From Camelus dromedarius (Eukaryota), in NCBI RefSeq assembly GCF_036321535.1, contig NC_087437.1, positions 118,360,001 through 118,424,000 on the forward strand: a DNA stretch of 64,000 nucleotides. Reading direction: 5' to 3'. Positions 11,001 through 24,801 of this stretch are shown piece by piece. Below the pieces are notes generated by a model. It had not been told where the DNA came from, did not search any database, and worked only from the letters and a program-made list of their open reading frames with translations. Within the stretch, counting starts at the first letter, position 1, and the number at the start of each line of letters is the position of its first letter. The translations under genes were made by a program, and so were the position numbers.

Positions 11001-12685
11001 TTGGCTCCTGCCCTAGCCCAAGAGAAGGAACTCCTCCTCCTCCCTTATTCTCCCAAATAAAATGAGATTGGCCATGGAGAGAGCTGCCCAAGGGGGTGGG
11101 GCATGACCCCTGTCCTTGACCTTTCAGTGGGGGTCTGTCTCTAACTGCCACCCCTGCGCTAGACCTCAAGGGACACAAGGGTCCCCCCACAAAGCCCCTG
11201 TGTCACATGGATGCAGAGTCTTCCTCTTAATCCCATGTGCCTCTGTTGATTACAAGCTGAAGCTTGACAACAGAGGTAACACAAAGGAACTGTCACAGAC
11301 TGCGACATGAAGCCAAATCTGTCTTATGAGAAGGACCAGCTCCCTGTGGCACAGAGACCCTCTCCTCTGTATGTGCAGCGAGCAGGCTGCCCAGTTCCCT
11401 GTGAGGCCCTGTTTCTAGAAAGGATGCTTAGGCACAGATGGACACCAGGGCCCTGTCTGTGCCCCATGAGCCGACCTGTCCCACATTTTTGTCCTTAATT
11501 GATCCAGGGACTGGCATCAGATCCAAACAGAATTTTTCAAACTGAAACCTTGGGGGAGGGTGGTCTCTAGCCTGGAGGCTGATGGGCTGTCAGCAGCCGT
11601 GTGGGCATCACATGGAGAAAGCCGGCAGGGAAGGAAGGTGAGTAAGGAGATGACTGTATGTGGGGAGAAGCGGGGAAGACAGAGTCTCCACTGCAAGCCT
11701 AGTCCTCCTGGAGACCCCGATGCTGCTTGCCTTTCCTGAGATTGGGTAAAAGGGTAACTCAGTATCATCGCAGAAAATGCTCTCCCCCGCTCAAACTAGG
11801 TCTGGTTAGTTTGCCGTTTCTCACGACAATCCTGAGTAGCACATCCTAGTCCCCAGTTTGCCCTCTGCTTGTCGGGGACCTTTTACTCTGGACCCCTGTC
11901 CTGAAATCCCACTCCCCATGAGTGATGTCCCTTCCCTGCAGGGCTGTGAGATCAGAAGCCCTGGCCTTTCCAGACTCTGTGACATTAAAATCTGCCAGGC
12001 TCCTGGCACTCGGAATGGCTCCTTCACTCATGTATGCTTTTGTAGCACCACACATTGGTGTTTGGAAAATATTGGTTCTGCGAATTACACATTATACAAT
12101 GCCAAAAACATCAACATTGCTGATATAACATCACAAAAGTCTAAGTATTAGGAAAATACCAAGCTCAATTTTTCATTCGCATTTGTACTCAAAAGGTCAA
12201 ATTTTATCTTTGATAACAAATGCTGTCCATTGTTTTTTTTTAAGTGAGAGGCCCCATGTGTTTACTTTCACGGCCATGTCTGCCAAACCCTCAAGTCTGA
12301 GTAATCATAGTTTTGCAGTTTCTCCTTCAGGTTAAAGCGGTATTCCATGAAAACCCAAACGTGGCTAGTTTAGCTCAAAGGTCACACAATCAGACAAGTG
12401 TTTTTCCTTCTAACAAATACTGTGCTTCAGCATGCAATCAAAATGGGTTCTGTGTTCTTCCCAGCTTGTCACACAGAACTTTAAGAGACATGAACTCAAC
12501 AGTTGAGAAGCAATCAAATTAATTTTTTTTTTTTACTATTTCATCAAGGATATTCTTAAGTGAAATGGTGTTTATTTGTTTGTTTGCTTGTTTGTTTTAT
12601 CGTGAGTGTGGAGAATCCAACAGCTACTAGCATAGTTTGGTGCCCTGACTTCATCCACACCAAGGCCCCAGCAGGTTTACCCTGG

Positions 12686-13258
12686 GGTGATGGTGAGTTT
12701 TATGTGTCAGCTCAGCTGGGCTAGGGTGTCTGGTTGTTTCATCAAACCCTAGTTTAGATGTAGCTGTGATGGTATTTTTAGACTTGGTTAACAAATACCA
12801 GTGGACTCTGAGTAGGGCAGGTGACCCCCAGGAGCTGGGTGGGCCCCATCCAGCCAGTTAAAGGCTGTAGGAGGAAACACTGTGTGCCCTGTGGACTAGA
12901 GAATCCTGCCTGCAGACAGCCTTTGGACTTGAGCTGCGACATCACCCTTCCTGGGTCTCCTGTCTGCCCTGCAGATTTTGAACATGCAGCCCCCATAATC
13001 CCCTGAGCCAATTCGTTAATCTAATCTCTCTTGTGTGTATGTGTTTTTCGTATCTGTCTGTCTGTCTATCTATCTATCCATCCATCCATATACCTAATCT
13101 ACAATTACATTATTTATGTATGTATTATCCCATCAAAGAGCACAGTTTCTTGCAGTACACATACACACAGACACACACAGACACACACAGACACACACAG
13201 ACACACAGACACACACACACCCCCTATTGGTCCTGTTTCTCCTGAGAGCTCTAATACA
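12686..13258 (+). mobile_element. ERVL LTR (MLT2D/MLT2B-like) with internal TCTA/CA microsatellite expansion
   Basis: 5' gtgatggtgagttttatgtgtcagct, internal gggtgggccccatccagccagttaaagg, 3' cctattggtcctgtttctcc...ctaataca. Confidence 0.85.
13157..13220. repeat. (CA)n/(CACACACAGA)n microsatellite inside the MLT2 LTR
   Basis: Read directly. Confidence 0.9.
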
Positions 13259-13316
13259 CTCATCAGTGCTCCCACATCATCAATGCAAAAGTCAACTCAG
13301 TGAAAACAGCAAATGT

Positions 13317-13445
13317 GGGGTGGGTACAGCTCAGTGGTAGAGAGCATGCTTAGCATGCACAAGGTCCTGGGTTCAATCCCCAGTACCCCCTCCAAAAGTA
13401 AATAAACCTAATTACTTTCACCCACCAAAAAATAAAATAAAACAA
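13317..13445 (+). mobile_element. tRNA-derived SINE, camelid Vic-1 type
   Basis: Pol III A box (cagctcagtgg, 13327-13337), B box (ggttcaatccc, 13370-13380), body gcatgcttagcatgcacaaggtcctggg, and an A-rich tail. Confidence 0.9.
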
Positions 13446-16400
13446 CTTATTTTTAAGAAAGTCACTTTGATAAGATTTGGTGGAAGTACTTTGGATCTCA
13501 AGACTCCCAGAAGTCCACTGCCTCCACCTAGAAAACACAGCTGTCCTAACCCTTCCTGACATCTCGAGGAGCTCAGACCTTCACGACCAGCCAGGTGAAT
13601 GGATACATTCTCAACCTGATCAGCAGGAAGAGCTTAGCGTCTGCGAGAAGGCGGCGGTGGGACCCCCGTGCTGGGCCCCGAGTGCTTTGATTCCTGGGAG
13701 GAGCTTCTCCCTGAGCCCTGAGCTGCTCAGACACACCATCTCCCTGACACCATTTCCCCGGGGGCCCCTGGGTTCAGAGCGTTTCCTGATGATTCTATTT
13801 GTGGACCAAGTCCGAACAATTCCTGCTCCTGCTCTTCAGGTAGAACAGCCGTGCATATTTTATTCCTATACGTTGTGGGAAATTGAGCCATCACCGCATG
13901 GGAGCAGAACAGGACAAGTTCTTCCAGCCCTTTTCATCTCATTCAGACTCAGCCTGTGCGCTACGAGGAAGAGGCCCGGCAGGTGCTTCTCCTGTTGGCA
14001 GAGATCTTGGGAGAGCCTGGACCACAGCCAGGCCACCTCAGGAAGGAGAAAGTGAAAAAAAGAAAAAAAAAGCCACAGTTGGTGGCAAAACTGTCTCCTC
14101 ACTTGGGGGACCTGTAGTACTCACGTTATTAAATACAGCAGCCCGACTGGCAGTTGGCTCTGAGAAGCAATTCATACCATTGTGACATTTCAGCTTCAAT
14201 TATTCCAATTGGGTGCACAGCTTTTAACGTTCTGGAATGGTTCTGAAAGTCTCTAGAAAATGCAAAAAGCAAATAAGCTTCTTGCTTTGGGGCTCTGAAG
14301 AGTGTTTTCCATCCCCATTCTTTTTCCTATGCCTTAACCTACCTTTGATGTCAGATAAACGAGACCAACTGCCTCATTTTGCTGTGAGGAGGGGGACTCA
14401 TTTATGTTCACTGGGAAGGAAAGATTTAAACTGCCAGGGGGACCCGAGGAGGAGGTCTGCGGCTGTCCTCGCCTGACACTCTCGGCTGGTGAATTCTGGC
14501 CAGAGCCTGCCTTGTGGATTTCCGGGGGAGAGGAGGTATAATTAACATGCTTTGGAGGGAGCGTGCTTGTCCCCTACCTGATCCTTTCTGCATAAGGGGC
14601 ACAGCAGGACACGAATCCAAGGAGCCCTCCAGGGGTGATCACTGCTAGTGGGGAGCCCTGCTCATTACCAAGGGTGCAACCTCCTCGGGACAGCCCCTGC
14701 CCACTAGAGGTGCCACTTTGCAGGATGCATTGGTGTGCTTTTATTTGCACACCATCCTTGAGCTCAGAGAGCATCTGGGTGACTGCAGTCTGTGCCCTTT
14801 CACACTAGAAGGCTTTGAGAGGTGGCAGCCAGATGAGCCAGGAAAAGTCAAGGCCAAAGGCAAACACTCTAGAAGTGCAGAGGACGGGGAAGCCTCTGTC
14901 TCAAGCATGCTGCTGGTGTGTGGGCAAGGAAACCCTGGGAGCTCACGACCTCACAAATTTCACTCATTAGAGGCGTCAGGAAAAAACGAAAGCCAGGCCA
15001 CGGAAAGAAAAAGGATGGCTGCGACCACGGGGCTGTCCAGTCACAGAGAAGGCTGCGGGAGGCCGCGGGCACTGGGGCTGTCGCCTGCGTGAGGCTGGGG
15101 CCCACCTGGGTCTCACCCAGAAAGACGTGGGCAGGAAGGGGAAATGGGGCAGCAGTGGAGGGGCTGACAGAGACCAGAGCAAGGGTGGGCTGGATGCTCG
15201 CCCTGCCCTGACCACTGGCTGCTCAAGTAAATAACCTGGAGAAATCCGTTCCCCCGGGTGGGAGTACCTGAGACCAGCCACACCCTCTTCCGTCTAGTCT
15301 ATTTATTTAATCCTGTTGCACTGAAGTTACCAGTCTTCACCAGAAAATAATTCTAAAACGTCCAGTTTAAACCAATGAATTGGAAGTGTTACTGAGTGCC
15401 ACAGAACCTGGAGCCTAAATCTCTCTGGGGTCCTCAAGGAACTGTCTGGCTCTGAGCTTTCTTTTAATTATTGAAAATCCCAGATGCTCCACATATAAAA
15501 AGATGAACATACGCTTTGCGGGACAAGGTCTATGAAAATGCAATCTCTTTCCAATTCATGATTTAGACAGATTTCGTTTCTTCTAACCAGTCAAGAACTA
15601 TGTCCCGAAGTTGGAAGTAGTAACTAGGTTTGTTTGGTTTTTTTGACCAATTCCCTACCCCTTGCTTCACCTCTGTCTTCCAAACGAAAAAGGCACTCAC
15701 TGATTTTCTAGCTTAAGTCAAAGGACAAAATAGAAAGAGCACTTTGAGGTTATAGTTTCACATTTAAAAAGTTCTTACCCCTTCTCCAGTGAACATTGCA
15801 CTGGTGAAGGAGGGACCCCTTCACCTGGACTGACAGGTGGGGGAGCCCCCTCTCCTTCCTGCAGGGGAGGAATCCTGCAGAGTCATCCCAGGTGGGGTTT
15901 CTTCTGCTTGCACTTCAGGGCTAGGCAGACGCTTAGGCTTTGGCAGAATGGGGCGCCGAGCCTCGCTAATCTTGTTACCACGTGTCAAAGAGCCCACCAG
16001 CCTTCTAAGGAGGAAAAGAGGGTAGGAGAGAAAAGGCTGAGCATTTCAGGGCTGACATAATCGCCCTGAGTTTGATAGTAAGACTTTGTAATTTTCTGGT
16101 GATGCTGATAATAGATGTGAGCGAAGAGAGAACCAGAGAGCTTCGGAGACAGAGTAACTCATTTAAAGTCAGAGCAAGACCAAAGCCCCGGTTAGCTGTG
16201 ATGTTTAATCAATAGGATGAAATGAAAACGATAAAACTAATATGATATAAATATTGATAATAATAGGGTAAAAATAGGATTTTTAAATATTATAGTTTAG
16301 TTTTATATGCCAATCACAACTGCCAGTGGGATTTATTTGAAGTGTATACTTAGCTCTTAACAGAACGGAGCTGGCCGTAGTCTCTGCCATAATCAGATGG

Positions 16401-17419
16401 TTATCAATTACTCAGGAATAAAAATGATGGTGTTTAATGATGCAGACGAACTATCTAAACTGCCCGGCGTCACTTTCCTCTGCCATTTAGTATACCGAGT
16501 CTGTGTGTGTGTGTGTTTATTTGAGCAGTAATTCTGTCCCACGACATATGCAAAACCTCTGAGCACTTTTAAGAAGGAGACAATTCAGGTCACCCAGAGA
16601 TCCTGCAGAATTTCTCATGAAACTTATGAGAATAGTTAAGATCTTAAGTAAGCTGTTATTTTATGCGATACAGTGAAATCGCAGGGTAGATTGAGTATGG
16701 ATAATGAGTAATTAAGCAGCTTGTGAAACACAAGCAGCATTGACAAGATGTGTTAAATATAAAAAGTGAGTTAGCAACCTGTAATATATGAGGTTAGATA
16801 GAATAAATTCTTGAAGTATGATGTAGTAAAGACAATTCTAGCTTCCAGCTGTAAAAGGGGCGGAGAACAGGTCATAACCATGTCACTTCTGGATGGATGA
16901 TCATGTCTCCTCCAGACTCAGCCAGACATCAGTAACACCCATTACGGCCTCTCCATGGCCCAGTGCTCTGCCCAAGAAATGCGGAGAAAACTTTGGCTTC
17001 TCAACAGCTACTGGTGAGTTACAGCTGAGCCAGCCTTACGTGTCCCTGGTTCTCTCCAGTGGAGCCAGTATGCACCTGCCCGTGATCCAGGGAACCTTCC
17101 GTCTGGGGGGCCCCTTGCTCCAATCTCAACCCCAGCCCTCAGATCACACCCTCAGGGAAGGCTGATGTGGCAGGAAGAGAGTCGGGACACAGGAGCACCG
17201 TGGAGCCTCAGGGTTGGGGGTTCACCGCTTGTACCTTGTGTGTTCACTGACCTTTCTCTCCCTGCTTCCTCCGTGTGATTTAGGTCGATTTAGTGACCTG
17301 TGGGGTTTGTGCACCTTAATATGGTCTGTGCTTCCTTCTGTTGCCCCATCTCTGGGACACCTACATGGTAGTGTCCTTGAGGACTACCGTTGCATCAAGG
17401 CAATATTCCACACAGTAAG

Positions 17420-18280
17420 TTTCTTTTTAATTTCTAATTTAATTTAATTCCATTGTAACCCAAATGCTATTAATTGTTTTGTATTTGTTGAAGACATTTC
17501 TTTGTGGCTTAATACATCACCATTTTTATCGATGTTCAATATGAACTTGAAAAGAGTATCTATTCTCCATTTTTTAAGTGCAGGGATTATGTGTGTGTGT
17601 GTGTGTACACATATGTATTTGCAGACACATATGTATCAGTCATTCGTGTCGCTGCTATTTTTCATATGCTCAGCAATATTATAATTGTCTCTGTTTGCTC
17701 CATCAATGTCTGATAGAGTTGTGTTAAATTTCCTGAGATTAGGCGTATTTCAACTTCCCCTTATAATTTTCTGAGATGGATGATTGAGTGAATTAATTTT
17801 ATAGTTTCTCCTTTTCATAAAAATGAAGCCAGATGTTTTTCAGACGTGCACAGGTTTGTGATTGTTGCCTGTTCTTACTGTGACATATTTTGATTTATTA
17901 CTGTCTTCTTATTTGCTGGCATCATGATTTTTTTTCCCCTTTGCTTTGTATTTTTCTCCTTTCCCACCTTTTGTTGAATTGATTTCTTTATTAAGTTTTC
18001 TTCACCAGCACTTAATTCCACTGGTTGGGAAGTTATAAATTATTTTCTGTTCTTTGGTTATTATTCTTAAATTGTTAATGCACAGACTTGTTTGTAATTC
18101 TGATAGACTAGAAGCTTTTTCTATCTCAGTAGCTCTATCCCTTAATAAGAAGAAGATACTTTTAAAACTTTAACCATCACTATCTAGTTTTAAATCTACA
18201 CTTTTGGACATTGAAAAATGTTTATTTTCTAGCTTATTGTTCATTTAATTTTATAAGTATTTTTTATCACCATCTGTGTC
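17420..18280 (-). mobile_element. Ancient L1 (L1ME/L1M-type) ORF2 5' region, highly decayed
   Basis: T-rich antisense L1-like text (ttgttgaagacatttctttgtggcttaata...aatatgaacttgaaaagagtatctattct). Confidence 0.6.
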
Positions 18281-18759
18281 CGTTACCTTTTCCCTTCGCA
18301 TCTCAGCCCTCCTCTCCTCACCCACTTCTGCTTTGCCACAGGTATTCTGTAGGTGGCCTTTGGGCCAGGATCTGTGGCAGGAGATGGCACGTTTGCTCTG
18401 CAGGGGAGACTGGGGAACACAGCCTTTCTTCAGGGTGTGCTGGGCCCGGCCAAACCCGGAGCCAAACCTGGAGGTTCCTTCAGCTCAGAGGAAGCGAAGG
18501 ATGTGAGGAGATAACAGCAGAGCCGCCCCAGCCCCGACCGCATTGATTCAGTTCACGGAAGGACAAGAGCGTTCATTCCAGAAAATACAAGTCAGTCCTT
18601 TGAAGGCTGCGTTCCTGCTCGTCTGAACAGACAAAGAGTCAATCCCCAAAGAGCTGTTTGTTTTTCTGGGAATGCCAAAAGGGCAGGATGTGCGTCACAG
18701 GACAAACTTTTGGGTCAGCAAGGCCCATTCACTGCATCAGAGTAACCGCTCCTGCCCCC

Positions 18760-19124
18760 CAGTTTACAGACTGTGCCCCCCGGATACATACGCTGAAGTC
18801 TTAGCCCCCAGCATGGCTGCACTGGGAGACGGGCCTCACAGGAAGTAATTAAGGTTAAATGAGGTCATGGGCTGAGCCTTGATTTGACAGGATGGGTGTC
18901 TGTGTATGAAGAGACACCAGGGCACTCACAGGAGCAGAGGGGAGGCCAGGGGAGGACAGTGAGACGGTGGCCACCAGCAAACCAGGAAGAGAGGCCACAC
19001 TAGAAACCTAATGAGCCAGTGTCTTGAACTTGAACTTCTAGCCTCCAGCATGCTGATAAAACAGGTCTGCTATCTAAGGCCCAGCCTGTGGTGTTCGGTC
19101 ACGACAGCCTGAGCAGACCAGACC
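18760..19124 (+). mobile_element. MaLR LTR (MLT1A/B-like)
   Basis: ggaagtaattaaggttaaatgaggtcatggg...gaagagacacc...aaaccaggaagagaggcc...ttgaacttctagcctccag. Confidence 0.85.
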
Positions 19125-19333
19125 CCCAGCATCGCAGCAGTGTGGGCTGGAGGCACCTGGAGAGCCGTGAAGACGAGGCCTGATGTCAAAGGCCTAGGCT
19201 GGCCTCTCCCTACCAAGAGCGTCTGTGACAGCAGCCCTTGCCCACAACACTTCCTTGTGGGTCTAGAGGAATCTGAGGCTTCCTTTTGCGGACAGGGGCA
19301 AAGCCAGAGAAGCACTATCTGGGGACTTGATGC

Positions 19334-20105
19334 TTTTATTATTATTTATTATAATTTTTTTTAGTTGAAGTATAGTCAGTTTACAATGTTGTGCCAATTT
19401 CCTGTGCACAGCATAATGTTTCAGTCCTACATGTACATGCATATATTCCTTTTCACATTCCATTTCATTATAGGTCACTACAAGATATTGAATATAGTTC
19501 CCTGGGCTGTACAGAAGAAACTTGCTGTTTATCTATTTTATATATAGTAGTTAGTATCTGCAAATCTTGAACTCCCAATTTATCTCTTCCCACTCCCTTT
19601 CCCCACTGGTAACTGTAAGTTTGTTTTCTATGCCTGTGACTCTGTTTCTGTTTTGTAAATAAGTTCATTTGTGTCCTCTTCTTTTTTTTTTTTTTTTTAG
19701 ATTCCATGTATGAGTGATATCATATGGTATTTGTCTTTCTCTTTCTGGCTAACTTCACTTAGTATGACAATCTTCAGGTTGATCCATGTTGCTGCAAATG
19801 GCATTATTTAGTCTTTTTTCTGGCTGAGTAGTATCCCATTGTATAAATATACCACAACTTCTTTATCCAGTCATCTGTTAATAGACAGATTGTTTCCATG
19901 TCTTGGCTATTGTATATAGTGCTGCTATGAACATTGGGGTGCATGTATCTTCTCAAATTAGAGTTCCCTCTGGGTATATGCCCAGGAATGGAATTGCTAG
20001 ATCATGTGGTTAGTCTATTTTTAGTGTTTTAAGGAAACTCCATACTGTTTTCCATAATGGTGGCACCAAACTACATTCCCACCAACAGTGAAGGAGGGTT
20101 CCCTT
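19334..20105 (-). mobile_element. Young camelid-type L1, 5'-truncated (~770 bp)
   Basis: T-rich tail on the left, then ttgaagtatagtcagtttacaatgttgtg...ccatgttgctgcaaatggcattatt...catactgttttccataatgg. Confidence 0.92.
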
Positions 20106-21710
20106 GGGGATTCATATTGAGACCACACCCTTACTTGGCCAAGGATTACAGCATATAACACAGCACCCAACGCTCAGCAAGATGATGAATAAATGTAGGG
20201 ATGGGCGAATAATGACTAAATGAACAGACCCCTGACTGCCAGGAAAGGGATTGCTATCCCCAAGGTAGAGGTGGGAAACCTGTGCTTAGACCAGCGTCTG
20301 CCCCGGGATCTCAGAGCTGGCGAGCAGCTCGTCAGGACTGCACTTAAATCTCCTTTGACTTTTCCATCACTGAGCTGTGCTGGGAATGTCATCAGGGGCG
20401 TCATCAGAAGGAGCAGATGCCTGTGAAGGAGACACCAGCACAGGGCTAAAGACACCCAGTACTGTGTCCCCTGTCCCTTAATGAGCTCAACCACCTGGAG
20501 CGCGTCATCTCTCTCTGTCCCCACCTGCTCTTGCCTGCAGAGAGCAAAGTGGTTGGACCAGATGATGATCAGTGCCCTTCTCAGCCCCGACAGTATTGGT
20601 CTCTCCCAAAATATAAATTGGTGGATTTCACTGGGATGTGCTTTTAGCCGTGGCTTCCACCCTCCACAGATGGTCGGGTCCATGCTGAACGGCACAGGGC
20701 TTTGATGCAAAGGAGCAGGCATTTTCTGTTATTTATGTAAATTATGTCTTCTTGGCTTGAAAATCAAAGCGTTATTTGAACTGCCAATTCTACCCCCTTC
20801 ATTTGGGGTCTGACAAGTATTTGAAATGTTCCCCTCATCGGAGAAATTGCCTTTCAGTGTGTGTGATGGAGGCAGGCCGGCTGCTGCTTCTGTATTCATG
20901 TCCGACGTGGTCCTGGGATGCTAATAGAGGGGCCACCTGGGTTTTGTCTTAATTGAAGAGAACTGGAGGGAGGGGGGAGGAGGTAGTTACGGAAAGATAA
21001 TTGCAATATTCTGCTTTTCACTCACTCTCTGCTTAGAGCCTCATTAAAATGGAATGAGCAGGCACTGGCTACATGAAGAGGGAGGGAGAATTTTTCTGCT
21101 GGACAAAGACCTTGCAGGATGAGGAGAGAAGCAGCACATTTAAGGGACAGAAATACCAGTAGCGTAGTATTTGAATGAGCCTATTCAGGGCAACATAGGT
21201 CCTGCCTGGTGAGAAGAAGAAATAAGCTGGGTCCCGCCCCCGGCAGACTTGGTCACCAGCACTAGGAGTCGGTGTGTCTCTCGCGGGCGATTGGAGGCGT
21301 GGAGGGGTTGAAGCAGGAGAGTCACGTGACAGACTGACATTCAAGAAAGGTCCTTGCGGCTGCTCCAGGTCTTCATGACTGTGGTGGGTGTTGGGTGGAG
21401 AGAAAAGACAGAAGAAGGAAAAGGAAGGAAAGGAAAGAGACAGGAAGGGATTCACCCACCAGTGACACAGGTGCTGTAAGAATCAAAGACCCTGGGCAAC
21501 GTGAGGCTAGTGTGGGGAGCCTTCGGATTCCTGGCTGAAGAGCACAGATTGTATGTGGCTGTCAGGAGAATAGTAAGCTCTCAGCCTGAACTTGCAGGAA
21601 CGGCCGGGCCATGCAGAGCCAGCCAGCGGTTGCGTGGGATGAGGCTGACACCCAGTGACGCTGGTGCATCTAGTTAATCTCAAAATTTCCCCATTCAAAA
21701 ATGATCCCCC

Positions 21711-21827
21711 TTTTTTGGGGTGGAGGGAAGCAATTAGGGTTTGTTTGTTTAATGGAGGGACTGGGGATTGAACCCAGGACCTCATGCATGCTAAGCATGT
21801 GCTCTACCACTGAGCTCTACCCTCCCT
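21711..21827 (-). mobile_element. tRNA-derived SINE, camelid Vic-1 type, with target-site duplication
   Basis: Antisense B box ggggattgaacccagg and A box ccactgagct. Flanking direct repeat aatgatcccc at 21700-21709 and 21832-21841. Confidence 0.92.
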
Positions 21828-22944
21828 GCAGAATGATCCCCTTTTTGCTTTACTATCAGGAAGAAATTTTGTTAGTTTTTGTTTTTACTTCAGAGAGGCA
21901 TTCCTCTCAATCTGTATCGTCCAACACCTGATTTTGTTTTTCACTAGACCTCATGCGAATTCACCTTTTTCTTCCGGTATTAGGGAATTTCAGTCAAAAG
22001 CCATTAAACTTCTTTAAAACCAGTAGGTATACTCTGAATCTTTTGATTTCCCTTGGTCTTAATAAGCTGTTTATTATTGTTCTGAGCTGGTCCTGATGCC
22101 TCACTGTCCCTGTATCACCGGGCAGCCGGTGTGCAATTCCATCGCGTTGGTGCGCTTTGTTTACAATTTTAAAACTCCTGTTGGAGACTCTCCTGAAACT
22201 AACCGTGTTTTGTCTGCAAATTACAGCTAACTCCACCTAATCCACATGGTTCTGGTAAGGCCATGGTCTCTAATTTATTTTAATTTTTTTTAAGTGCATT
22301 TGCTTTATTTTGAAAGCACAGTCTGCAGCAAATATTTCTCTAAGGGTTCAATTTGGAATCGGGGCTGAAGGAGCTGAATGGAGGATAATTTTCACGTCAC
22401 ACCCTCTCACGTCCCGGGAGCACACAATGTCGCCATTGTTAATGCCGACTGAGATGCTGCGGACAGATGTTGGGTCGGATCGTTACTGCAAACAGGCCCC
22501 AATGAGCTGGCTGCACGTATTGTTATAACTGCATGATTTTTTTGTACATGTCTCCCTCCAACGATTTAGCCCTTCAAAATCTAAAAGATTTTATAACAGA
22601 TTTCCAAGGTCATTGATGGGCACAATCTACCTGAGTTTTCTATTTTTCTTGTCACAGTTAACCCTTTTTATATTAGTGATTTTAAAATGATTGGCATTGA
22701 AATTGGCAAGCAAGTTAATATTTTAATATATTAAATCACCTTGACCTCTTAGGAGCATAATCATTGTTGTTTATTGCTTTAGAAAAGTGGAAGAGGTGCA
22801 TTCAGATTTTAACAATATACTTCTCAATAAATAGAAAACCAAATGAGGTCATCCACTGAAACAGAAAAAGAGAGCCAACGAGTTCTGACTTGCAGATTAA
22901 GCCCCCAAAGCAGGGGAAGTAATATGTTCAATCAACCAGTTCCG

Positions 22945-23005
22945 TCAGGCTTGGCACATAGTAGGAATCCAAGAAATATTTGCTGAATGAATTAATGAAT
23001 GAAAA
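22945..23005 (+). mobile_element. LINE L2 3' terminus
   Basis: gcttggcacatagtaggaatccaagaaatatttgctgaatgaattaatgaatgaa. Confidence 0.75.
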
Positions 23006-23934
23006 TGAACTAAATTAAAATTGGGAGCTACAAAGAATTGTTTATCCTTGAGATAAAATTTTAATCAGTATTCTCCCATGCATACTTTCATGGAGAAGAA
23101 ATATAAACTAAGACTTCCCCAATAAATTGTGGTCATAGTCCAGTCTCATCCAACACATGGTGACGCTTTCATCGCCTCTCCCTTGAGTGTATCGTTCTGC
23201 GATGTAGCTGGAACTCTAAGATGTGACTCCCCTCGCTGCCAGACAAGTCACAGCTCATTAGGGCTGGCAGGTGCCCTCTGCTCTAGAGTGAACCAGATTC
23301 CCTGAAGAGAGTTTCCAAAAGAGGATCAGAGTCCACCAAACCTGGGCGTCCCTCTGGGGAAGGCTTGATTCTTACAAAAAGTTTGTTTCGATGATGAAAG
23401 GAGACTAGGAGATGTAGCGTGACCGTGAGTTCTGAGGGGCGCAGATAAATGACTCGGCATCAGAATCTTACTGTGTTGTCTCAAGGGCAATGATTTGCAT
23501 TCTCCAGGTGTCTGGGCAGTGTCTTTTGATTCCTTTGAACACTTTCTGGCCTGTAGGGAGAATACACACAAATCAACACAAGGGCTATTGAATATCACCC
23601 TGCCTGGAGGGTCAGTTGCTTTAGGTCAGTCCCAAAAGTGGCTGAATATGCCCCATATTACCCTGGGCCCTCTCGCTGTTACATGAAGGACCATCTCTGT
23701 GTGGTGAAAGTGTCCAAAACCCCCAGGCTGGCTACCAGATAATTATCGGAATGCAATTTCCATCTTTAAAGAAGTCTTTGGACATTACCCACAAGCTGGT
23801 TCTAGGTTGATGATAACTCAGGAGAAGGCAGGGCAGGAAAATGCCTCAAGTCAGAATCTCAGGTGAGCCTCCAAAACGTAACTCCTACAAAGTTGCATAT
23901 TTTGGTCCTCACTTTAGGACAAAGTGACATTCAA

Positions 23935-24053
23935 ATAAAATGTAAGTTCCATGAGACCAAGGGATTTTGTGACAGTCCTATCAACTATTGAGCCCAAGAG
24001 CCTGGAACAGTCCCAGGCATAGAGTAGAAACTTAAGAAATTTGTATTAAATGA
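23935..24053 (+). mobile_element. LINE L2 3' terminus
   Basis: aatgtaagttccatgagaccaagggattttgt...gcctggaacagtcccaggcatagagtag...aaatttgtattaaatga. Confidence 0.7.
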
Positions 24054-24801
24054 TTTTTTTTGTTATTTATTTATTTATTTTATTGTAGTATTGTCAGTAT
24101 ACAATGTGTCAATTTCTGGTGTACAGCACAATATTTCAGTCATGCATATACATGCATATATTTGTTTTCATATTCCTTTTAATTACAGGTTGCTACAAGA
24201 TATTGAATATAGGTTCCTGTGCTATACAGTAAAAATTTTTTGTTTATCTATTTTGTATACAGTAGTTTATATCTGCAAATCCTGAACTCCCAATTTACAC
24301 CTCCTCACCTCCTTTCTCCCCTGGTAACCATAAGTTTGTTTTCTGTCTGTGATTGTGTTTCTGTTTATAAATAAGTTCATTTCTGTCTTTTTTGTTTTTT
24401 GGGGTTTTTTTAGACTCCATATATGAGTGATATCACATGGCATTTTTCTTTCTCTTTCTGGCTTCCTTCACTTAGTATGATGATCTCTAGGTCCATCCAT
24501 GTTGCTGCAAATGGCATTATTTCATTCTTTTTTTATGGCTCATTAGTATTCCATTATATATATAAATATATACCACATCTTCTTTATCTAATCATCTGTC
24601 ATTGGACATTTAGGTTGTTTCCATGTCTTGGATATTGTAAATAGTGCTGCTTTAAACACTGGGGTACATGAATCTTTTCAAATTAGGGTTTCCTCCAGAT
24701 ACATGCCCAGGAGTGGGATTGCTGGACCATAAAGTAAGTCTATTTTTAGTTTTTTTGAGGAATCTCCATACTGTTTTCCATAATGGCTGCACCAAACTAC
24801 A
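24054..24801 (-). mobile_element. Young camelid-type L1, 5'-truncated (~750 bp)
   Basis: Poly-T/TTTA tail on the left and the same 3'UTR as the 19.3 kb copy. Carries the ORF2 C-terminal peptide [17 protein letters not shown] (ORF track 24652..24927). Confidence 0.92.

Noticed and set aside
10512..11060. 182-aa ORF
   Set aside because: Largely overlaps a decayed L2 fragment; non-ATG start; no recognisable protein.
13317..13390. tRNA-like sequence with A and B boxes (also 21.7 and 32.5 kb)
   Set aside because: These are SINE heads: A-rich tail and/or TSD present in two copies, and no intact acceptor stem or cloverleaf.
13477..14055. Longest ORF in the track (192 aa)
   Set aside because: GTG start, no recognisable domain or family, composition typical of translated non-coding DNA, and no supporting promoter or splice context; plausible by chance in 64 kb.
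19334..24801. Two L1 copies truncated at nearly the same point, suggesting a local duplication
   Set aside because: The copies differ at many positions, with different tails and unrelated flanks; independent insertions are more parsimonious.
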